64,000 bases of DNA from Octopus vulgaris (lineage: Eukaryota), in assembly GCA_951406725.2 (NCBI GenBank), contig OX597828.1:24118001-24182000 (forward strand), read 5' to 3'. Positions 52,844 through 64,000 of the stretch are shown in pieces. Positions within the stretch are counted from its first letter, which is position 1; each line of letters begins with the position of its first letter. The notes below the pieces were generated by a model. It was given only the letters and a program-made list of their open reading frames with translations. It had not been told where the DNA came from and made no database searches. A program made the position numbers and the translations under genes.

Positions 52844-53506
52844 ACACACGTACACACATATATGTATGTATATATATATATATGGGGGTGTATTCATGTA
52901 TGTATATGTATATACGTAATGCATACACACATATATATGTACACGACTTGTGTCTGCATCTTATGCAATACAATATGTTCGGAGTCACCATTGCAATTGT
53001 ATGTAAGGTATGCAAACGAAAATAGATGTCATACCAATAAGAGTAAGAAAGCAACGAATGAATGAAATAACGAACAAAGACATACGCGAACAATAAAATA
53101 AAGTTAATTTTCGACATTTTATCGTGTTATATTATTATATTCGTTATTTATTCAGTGAACTTTTAGGATGTTTAACAGACAGCCATGCAGGTTGGCTTAT
53201 ACGAACAGTAAAATTATTCCCAATGAGGCCAGAAACGTGGAATTATGCACTTTCACTGCACTGTGTATTTAGATATATAGCTTCATGTATCAAGCTCAAC
53301 AACGAGCTTGAAATTCAATTCTTGTACAATGATTAAAAAATATTTCTCCGCACTCCTGGGATTTACTTGGTAAAGGTGTCTCTGTGGAACGTTTTTCAAA
53401 AATATTCTGTTGTATATTTGTCTTTAAATATAGGAAAATATACATACATACAAACATAGATATATGCATACATATGCTTATATGCATACACAAACACCCC
53501 CCCTCC

Positions 53507-53550
<44 letters not shown>

Positions 53551-53666
53551 TATTAAAGTTTGATTTTATGTTCGGTTATATAATAAAAACAATTTTACCT
53601 TTTACATGAATCTGGTGCGTTACACGAAACATTTTTCTCTTTCGTTTGTGTAGAATACAAATTTAT

Positions 53667-53755
<89 letters not shown>

Positions 53756-53761
53756 TATATA

Positions 53762-53922
53762 TGACAGGCTTCTTTCAGTTTCGTCTACCAAATCCACTCG
53801 CAAGGCTTTGGTCTGCTCGAGGCTATAGTAGAAATCACTTGTCCACTTGTCCAAGGTACCACAGAGTGTGACTGAACCTGAACCATGCTGTTGGCAAGCA
53901 AGGTACTTACCACACAGCCACT
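53762..53922 (-). mobile_element. SINE family B 5' half
   Basis: GGCTTCTTTCAGTTTCGTCTACCAAATCCACTC...TTACCACACAGCCAC. Confidence 0.8.
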
Positions 53923-53926
53923 TCTG

Positions 53927-54041
<115 letters not shown>

Positions 54042-54691
54042 GTACATATATCTTTATGTATTTATCTGTATATGTATTATGTATGTGAACGCATTCAAAC
54101 GTCCGTCATATAACGATACATCACACTAGAGGAAAATGTTTGCACTTATGTCAGATTTGCATAATCCAGTTCTGGCTAACATTATATTGTCCTCTAAACA
54201 AAATTCTCCTGCATTGAAATGTTAGATAAATTGCACAGTAGCATAATCGATTATCGAAAATATGGATTTCTTTTAAAAGAACTTTTTAGTATCGTCACAG
54301 AAAATTTGTTCAATATGTTGATTAATTTTGTCTGTGAATCAATTATTCGTTATGAATATGCTAATTAAAACATCCCACTGTATTTATATACAATATCTTG
54401 ACTTATATATGGCAAAACGAAACAACAACTAACAGCAGAAGTGAATATAAGTCAATCGCTACGCAAATCGATTTTTATGGTCGAAAATAAAAGATTTTTT
54501 TTGATTTTAATGATTTTTTTTAACTGAAATGAATGTTTACTATGAAAAAGTTGCTTTGTGATGATTGCTTTTATTTAGTCCAGATCTATCTCGATTTTGT
54601 AGATCTTATTCGTTTAATGTGTACGCTTTTTTGTTAACTCTGATCTTATAAAGCTGTAATCAAAATTGTATCCAGTTATTACAATCACGTC

Positions 54692-55074
54692 GACACTCTG
54701 TCGTTTACAACGACAAGACGGCAAGAGTTCCAGTCGATCCAATCATCAGAACAGCCTGCTCGTGGCATTAACGTGCAATTAGCTGAGAACTCCACGGACA
54801 CGCGTACCCTTAACATAGTTCTCAGGAAGATTTAAAATGACACAGAGTGTGACAAGGCTGGCCCTTACAAATACAGGTACTACTAATTTTTGCCTGCCAA
54901 ATGGACTGGAGCAACATGAAATAAAGTATCTTACTCAAGAACACAACGCAACGCCAGGAATCGAACACAGGACTTTACGATCGTGAGCCTATGATCTTAG
55001 CAACAATTTCAGGAGCAAGCTGTTCCGTTGATCGGATGAACTGCAACACTCGTCGTCGTAACCGACGGAGTGTC
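54692..55074 (-). mobile_element. SINE family C long-tail copy bracketed by an inverted copy of its own tail
   Basis: 54692-54761 is an imperfect reverse complement of 55013-55074. Confidence 0.75.
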
Positions 55075-55824
55075 AGTTGATTCACCAGGTTGAAACATAT
55101 TGCCGAAGCCCTGCCGTAGACTGCATTGACCTCTCATTCAGTATTACATCAGGTAATATATTCAATGCTGAAAAGCTCGACTTGAACGACAATCGTCTCT
55201 CAAGACACCAGACATGGCGCACTTAATAGAGTGAGTTGGGAAAGGCGGGGTGTCAAAGTGATTCGCAAAAGGAAAAGAAAAAACACGACGTTCGCCAAAC
55301 ATCATACATCATACATTATGAAAGAGAACTGAGATCGTTTTCTTTTAATCATTCATTTCCTTCCACTCCAAAACACGCGTCAATTTCCCTGACTTATGTT
55401 GGTGTCAAAGCAATCAAGGAACCTTTATGATATTCGATCGTACAATATTATACAGCACTGTAAAAAAAAATTCATATTCATATTCAAAACCAAACCACTG
55501 ATACTCACACACTCGGTTGTATATTATATATATCATATGTATTATATGGTAGTGTATGTGTGTTTGCATTTCTATATACATACACACATATATATATATA
55601 TGTCAGTGTCTCCCTATAACAAAGCAGTAAGGTTATTATTCCATAATATATTTCTACGTCAAACGGTTAACTTCATTTGATAAATAGGGTTCGATGAAAT
55701 AATCATCAAACAGAATTAAGTCCTGGGATCGATACGATCGATCCGACTGTTTCAAGATAATGTCCGATGAAACTAAAAATATATGCGCCAGTCCACCATT
55801 CTTACCATTCTACCACTCTTACTA

Positions 55825-55884
<60 letters not shown>

Positions 55885-55887
55885 TAC

Positions 55888-55922
<35 letters not shown>

Positions 55923-56014
55923 ATATATATATATATATTATATATATATATTTATATATATATGTATATATATATTTATATATATTTACATATGCATAGA
56001 TGCACACGCACACA

Positions 56015-57038
56015 CACACGTACATATACCTTGCTGACGTCATTATTAACTTCCGAAGGAACGTGAAAAAAACATTTTTGGGAAATGGATCTCGGTGAAC
56101 ATAAATAAATGCTACAAATAAAACAGCATGTAAATATTGTGTTGAAAAGTGCTGCGTGTGTGTGTGTGTGTGTGTGTTTATATAGAGATAGAATCAGCAA
56201 TATATTAATACGAATTAAAAACCGTTCATTGTAGTTACTTAAAAGCGTCTTGCTGTAAAAGCACTTGTACAAAACAGAGAGCTGCTTGTTTAGGTGTTAC
56301 AAACCGTTTTGTAAACCATTGGTATTTTAAAAGAAGTATATTTTCAAACATGGCTGAATAAAGAAAGAAATTTGTTGTGATGAAAGTCTTTTATAGCAAG
56401 AATTGACTAATAAGCACAAAGAATACTACATGATTCGTATTACATTAATACAGATATTTTTTCGCGATGTATATTTCTGGTTCTCAGAGGATATAAAACT
56501 CTGTTGTCTTTCGTTCGTTTCTCTCCTTTCAACGTTTCCCTGAAGAAGTACGCTGTGCAGAACGTTGGATTTTTCACTCGTCACTGTACATATTTTTATC
56601 GATTTTAATACACACAAACACACACACACACATTTGCTCATATACACACACATTCACACACACATACACGTAGGTAAATGGTTATGCTCTGGATCTACAG
56701 GCATATATGTACATATATGTGTACATACACGTATACATATTAATGGATACACATGTACAATACATACCACAGCACACACACATATATATCTTGGTGAGTG
56801 ATTGGTGTGCGTGTGTGTGGAGAGTCGCATAGTAGGATTTATATATATATACAGGGTGGCCCAAAAGTAGGTTTACAGTTATCACGCAGGCACTTTAAAT
56901 TTTTTTAAAAATATTTTATTACATTTAAATTTCTATCTTACAAACTGAAAAGGGAGCTTGAAAAAATTAACTAAATTAGCATAGAATAATGGTTTCATAC
57001 GTTTTTTATAATTAAGATCTAAACTGAACGTGTTCATG

Positions 57039-57076
<38 letters not shown>

Positions 57077-57391
57077 AATATAGGGATGGTATTATTAAAA
57101 TACCATCACAAGTTGTAAGCGAATTATTAGCCGTACAGGCAAATTAATAAAATATATACATACAATATTAGATATGTACATATATACATAAGGGTACTAA
57201 ATGAGTACCTATATCGCCAATGATTGAAGTCAAAAAATACTTCTGTATCAGCGAAAAGTCACAAATCTATTATAGACAAGATAGGAAAAAATATCGGTGA
57301 ACAATAATAATGTCGAGATCCGTTTCCCAAAATGTTTTTTCACGTTCCCTCGGAAGTTAATAATGACGTCAACAAGGTATATGTACGTGTG
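56015..57391. repeat. About 80-bp inverted repeat pair 1.2 kb apart (foldback or DNA-transposon-like)
   Basis: 56015-56094 (ATACCTTGCTGACGTCATTATTAACTTCCGAAGGAACGTG...GGATCTCG) matches the reverse complement of 57314-57391. Confidence 0.85.
56852..56885 (+). mobile_element. Solo Tc1/mariner-like terminus
   Basis: TA|CAGGGTGGCCCAAAAGT after a TA run; no partner TIR seen. Confidence 0.45.
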
Positions 57392-57407
57392 AGTGTGTGT
57401 GCGTGTG

Positions 57408-57470
<63 letters not shown>

Positions 57471-57529
57471 AAAGAGAAAGGAGAGAGACAGAGAGGGAAG
57501 GGAATTGTGCTTTTCTCCGAGTTCTTTCC

Positions 57530-57700
57530 ACCCAGTATGTCTGTTTGATTTTGTCAATAGCTAGTTGAGATCCACCCACAAAGTTTTGGCCAGCACGAGG
57601 CAATAGTAGAAAACAATTGCCAATGTTACCTCGTAGTGGGAGGGAACCCGAAATAAGGTAGTTCGGAAGCAAGATTCTTCCCAGACAACCATCCCTGCGC
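57530..57700 (-). mobile_element. SINE family B, degraded
   Basis: ATCCACCCACAAAG...TAGTAGAAAAC...GTAGTGGGAGGGAACCCG. Confidence 0.55.
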
Positions 57701-58288
57701 CAATTTTAAGCATTCCCTCTCTTGGTCACCCTCCGCAACGTCTCTCCATGCTAGGCATCAATAGGTGGGCGAACAAACAGATCCCCACAGATTGAATCGT
57801 TAATAGGGAGGAATGTCTCTGGTTTGTACAGGTGGACGAAGAAATCCCCACAGATGAAAACGTTCACAGAAATGAATCTCGATGGTTTGGACACAAAGAA
57901 GAATGACGAGTTAAGAATCACAGAGTGTGGATCTAAATAACATTAGTATCAAACAATACTAATGCAATTAAGAGTTTGTTTTGGCTTTAGAAAACTATAG
58001 AAACCGAATCGGAAACCACATCAGTCGAATTCATTTGATTAAAAGGTTAATTTATTTCTATATACTGTGTTTCTTTTTTATTCCCTGCTGAAAAGCTCAG
58101 AGACAGTAAATACACTTGTGTTTTGTAAACAGACCGTATATAGCTGTATGTCTATTGATTGATGTAGCTGGGGATTTCTATGAACAATATGTGTTGTTAT
58201 GTGCAGAATTCTCTTATGGGTATGTGCGTATATATTGTGTGTAAATATATGCACAGATATTGAGGTGTTAATACAAAAAAAGCTGTCA

Positions 58289-58403
<115 letters not shown>

Positions 58404-58765
58404 CATATATTCATATATATAGAGATAGATAGATAGATATTCATATATTCATATATATATATAAAGAGAGAGGGGGGAGAAATATATATATGTACATACA
58501 TATACATATGCATATACTCACACATGTGCATATATGTATCGAAATATATATACGTATGTGTGATGTATGTATGTGTGTATGCATGTATGCATGCATGCAT
58601 GTATGTATGTATGTGTGTGTGTATGTATGTGTGTATGTATGTATGTATGTATCTATACAAGTATATGTGACTATATGATATTGTTCTGAAAATGTTCCTG
58701 CTTACATTGGTGTACACATATCACGTCAGACTGTGGTAGATTCGATGAGTGAAATAAACGAATAC

Positions 58766-58836
<71 letters not shown>

Positions 58837-58856
58837 ACTATCTACCTATCTTTCTA

Positions 58857-58897
<41 letters not shown>

Positions 58898-59049
58898 TTT
58901 TCTATCTATTTATCAATCTATCTATCTAATTCTCTCTCCCTATCTCTCTCTATATATATGCATATATGTACATTATATATATATGTATGTGTTTGTGTGT
59001 GTTTATGTATGTGTGTGAATGACCAGTGGAAGATGTGTGCGATACTGTG

Positions 59050-59093
<44 letters not shown>

Positions 59094-59168
59094 TACACAT
59101 ATATATATTTATGTATGTATATATGTATGCATATATATGTATATCCATATATATAAATACATATATTC

Positions 59169-59200
<32 letters not shown>

Positions 59201-59235
59201 ATATATGCATATATATACATATATATATATTTGTA

Positions 59236-59290
<55 letters not shown>

Positions 59291-59682
59291 GTACATAGGT
59301 GGTTCGTGTGAAGGAGATAAGTGTGTATGTGTATGCGCCAGATCTATATCCGTGTATTATGTATGAAAATATATGAAGGCGACACCATAGGTGAGTGTGA
59401 GTACCTGTTTAAGTGTTCGTGTGTTTATACGTGTGTACGTGTCTGTAGACGTGCTTCATTTTATTTCATAACACACTCCGTATCAGATTTCTTTCCATTT
59501 ATTGTCATTTTTTGTTTGTTTTTACAATTGATTTCTTTCTTCATTCATTTTGTTTTTCCTTTGGAAAACGTGTCTTGTCAACAAGAGATTTGTGTGACGT
59601 GCAAGATGCTGCAAAATTGTATTGTCCGTGAGAACAAAGATTAATATTCTCTCAGCATGTCAATTTACATAAACATACATAT

Positions 59683-59725
<43 letters not shown>

Positions 59726-59780
59726 TAGACACCTGCTATGTACTACATTCAAATAGCCACACACATTTCTGTCTATCTAC

Positions 59781-59826
<46 letters not shown>

Positions 59827-59846
59827 CTCTATCTCTCTCTGTATAT

Positions 59847-59898
<52 letters not shown>

Positions 59899-59901
59899 TA
59901 G

Positions 59902-60000
<99 letters not shown>

Positions 60001-60439
60001 CAGACAGACAAATATAAGCTTTCTATGTCTACATAGAATACATTTCTGGAATGACATTGAGGGTATTGAACCATTCGTGAATATCTAACGCAGAACTAAT
60101 CCTCGTTTGTGTGATTCTTCGTTTTCCGTTAAAAAATATATTGCATATAATCACAAAACATTTTCGCCTTCATGCAAGCTAAAGGAAGTGTGATCCTAGC
60201 ATTCGAAAACTGTGAATGAAACAGAGGCTGATCTATTTTACCACACACCCCAGACAAAATATAGACATGAAATGGGGTTCACAACGAGGAACCTTTGGAG
60301 TTAATTATGGCTCCTCAATCATCTTGGCGTTTGTTCTCCTCAGTGGACAAGCAATGAACATGAAAATGAACAGCATTAATATGCAGTTGCGAAGGGTCAA
60401 CAAAGGTATCGATGGCCACAGAGCCGTGCAAGATATTTG

Positions 60440-60640
60440 TGGTGGCATACTCGTAAGTAGGCCGAGCAAAATGTTTAGAAGCATCTCATCAGTCCTTCAG
60501 ATCTGAGTTCAAATTTTGCCGGTGTCGTCTTCGACATTCATCCTATCAAGGTCGATAAAATAACCACCAGTCGAGCACTGGAGTTGATGTAATCGACTTA
60601 CCCACTCCCACGACGTTGTCTCTCCTGTGCCTGCCAAAAT
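60440..60640 (+). mobile_element. SINE family A, degraded
   Basis: CTGAGTTCAAAT...TTCATCCTATCAAGGTCGATAAAATAA. Confidence 0.65.
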
Positions 60641-60670
60641 TATACATACATACATACATACATACATACA

Positions 60671-60724
<54 letters not shown>

Positions 60725-60840
60725 AGAATTAAAATCAAAATGAGGGTGAAAAATTGTATATTAATTTAATAATATCAGTTTAACACCAATGGTTTAGCGC
60801 ATCAAAAACTGAGATTCAGTAAATATTATTAATACATATA

Positions 60841-60966
60841 TGAGAGGGAATCCGCTAAAAGTGAACTCCCTTACGCTAGCCACTAAAAGTTGTTCTCAAG
60901 AAAAAATTTAGCACACCATGAACGTGGCTAGCGTAAGGGAGCTCACTTTTAGTGGATACCCTCTCA
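60841..60966. repeat. 43-bp inverted repeat (3 mismatches) with 40-bp spacer, in TA context
   Basis: TGAGAGGGAATCCGCTAAAAGTGAACTCCCTTACGCTAGCCAC (60841-60883) pairs with 60924-60966. Confidence 0.9.
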
Positions 60967-61671
60967 GATATATATATATATACCTGTGTGCCTGCACGTG
61001 CGTGTGTGTACGTATTTTTATATGTAGACATATTCTATGCGCTTGTGTATGTGCAAGTTGGTTACATTGTACATACATTCAATACACACATACATACATA
61101 CATACATACACACATACACATATTATAGTGTGTGCATATATATACACGTGCACTATACACGTATAACCACACACGCTCACAGATAGATCTTTCTCTATTT
61201 TTGCTATGTCGACGAACGCATATATTAGTATTTTTTTCATCCATAATTTTCATAAAATACATTGATATAAAAATCTAGAATTAATTCTGTTCAAGTGGAA
61301 CCAATTACCCTTATCAGATGTTTATGATGGCATCCAGCCAATACCAAAACTTCTATATTGATCTTGTAGTAAATAATCAATAATATCAAATAAAAGATAC
61401 CCCATAAATAATTATGTTAAAACGTTAATTACTATTATTAATGTTGTATCACTTAAAGTATGATGATTTTCTCAGGATTGGTAAAACGTTGGACAAAGTG
61501 TCTTCTGTCATTTAATTATAAGCCTTTATTTTCTGAGTTCAGTTCTCTCCAATATTAACAGCTTCGTGTTATTCCTCTATCGTTGAAACAATTAACACGA
61601 CGTTTTTGTGGTTTCTGAAGTTCCTTTACTGTTTACAAACCTTGGTAAGCTTTTATTGTGTATATTACATA

Positions 61672-62959
61672 CGAGGGGCGTTCAATAAGTAATGCCTCTG
61701 ACCTACTTGCAGTTGTTTGATCTAGCTGAAATTTTACATGTGCAATTATTTATATCTCTATAGACTAGGTGTCAAATTACAGCTCTGAACTAATTGTGGT
61801 TTCTGATATACAGGTGTTTGAACTGAGTCAAGTGTGAAATGGAGCCTGTTGAGTGTCGAGCAGTGATCCGGTTTTTGTATTTGAAAAGACGCACACCACG
61901 GGAGACTTTTGATGAAAGGAAAGTAACTTATGGTGATGATGCCCCATCATATGACCTTGTAAAACGCTGGCATCGTGAATTCAAACATGGTTGGAACTCT
62001 GTGGAAACAGCTCCCAGATCTGGTCGCCCCCTTCTGCCATTGATGAGGCATCTGTCCGTCAAGTTGAGGCTGCCATTTTGGAAGATCGACGCATAACTAT
62101 TCGCCAAATAGCCCATGAGGTCAAGTTTAGTACCGGGTCTGTGGAAACTATCATTCATGACCATTTGCATATGCAAAAGGTGTCTGCCAGATGGATTCCC
62201 AGGCTGCTCACACCTTTCCAGAAGCAAGATCGCGTCGAGTGCTCGAGGATGAATTTGGAGATGTGCCAAGAAGATGAGTCAAAATTTTTCAAAAGACTGA
62301 TTACACAGGATGAAACCTGGGTCCATCACTATGATCCAGAGACCAAAGCCCAGTCAATGCAGTGGAAGCACCGTGACTCACCTCCTCCAAAGAAGGCAAG
62401 GGTGCAGCCCTCCGCTGGCAAGGTCATGCTCAGTCTTCTGGGACCAGGACGGAGTAGTGATGACAGATTTCCTGGCAAAGGGTACCACAATTACAGGAGC
62501 CTATTATGCTTCACTTTTGAGGAAATTAAGAGAAGCTATCAAAATCAAGAGGCGGGGCAAGATCAGCAAAGGCATCCTCCTCCTGCAGGACAACGCCCGG
62601 TCTACAACTCGCGTGTCGTCAGATCAGAAGCACAGGCGTGCGGCTATGAACTCCTCCCCCATCCCCCTACTCTCCTGACCTTGCACCCTCTGATTTTCAC
62701 CTCTTCCCAGCCATGAATTTGTTTTTGAAAGGAAAGCGTTTCCCAGATGATGCAGCCTTGATTTCTGAAGTCACATCGTGGTCAGAGGACCAAGCTAGGG
62801 TCTTCTACAAAAACGGTCTCCAGAGTTGCATCAAACGATGGGAGAAATGTATAACTCTGAGTGGTTCCTATGTAGAAAATGACTAATAACTGTGCCAAGT
62901 TGCGTTGCTCTACTGCTATGGGAAGTGGGTCAGGGGCATTACTTATTGAACGCCCCTCG
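61672..62959 (+). mobile_element. Full-length mariner transposon (DD34D, irritans-like), 1288 bp
   Basis: TA target duplication at 61670-61671 and 62960-62961. TIRs CGAGGGGCGTTCAATAAGTAATGCC are 25 bp perfect and extend to about 37 bp with mismatches. The interior encodes a transposase. Confidence 0.97.
61839..62886 (+). pseudogene. Mariner transposase with about 4 frameshifts
   Basis: HTH N-terminus (RAVIRFL...VKRW), WIPRLL, ITQDETW, SAGKVM..VFWD, LLQDNA, YSPDLAPSDFHLF and RWEKCI...YVEND*. Frame changes occur near 62030, 62432, 62600 and 62665. Confidence 0.95.
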
Positions 62960-62962
62960 TAT

Positions 62963-64000
<1,038 letters not shown>

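Overview
Repeat-dense, AT-rich metazoan intergenic or intronic DNA. The microsatellite load and tRNA-headed SINE families look like an Octopus (cephalopod) genome; this is an inference from repeat style. No recognisable host protein-coding gene is present, and nearly all listed ORFs are microsatellite translations. Recognisable elements are a full-length but frameshifted irritans-type mariner (61672-62959), mariner and pogo-type MITE remnants, two non-autonomous Helitrons, at least four SINE families, and fragments of Penelope-like retroelements (PLE; GIY-YIG C-terminus at 2.2-2.5 kb, probable RT-thumb fragment at 49.2-49.5 kb). The main result is about 15 type I hammerhead ribozyme (HHR) motifs or remnants from about 9 different sequence contexts, mostly in short non-coding elements beside (TA)n. 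These include a 356-bp tandem plus inverted retrozyme-like unit (20081-20860), a tRNA-headed SINE carrying an intact hammerhead arranged as a head-to-head palindrome (45854-46410), a solo near-canonical HHR (48833-48891), and families with recurring core variants (U4C, A6U). Together they suggest a set of PLE-mobilised, ribozyme-bearing non-autonomous RNAs. All structures were read by eye; no folding software or database search was run, and element boundaries are approximate.
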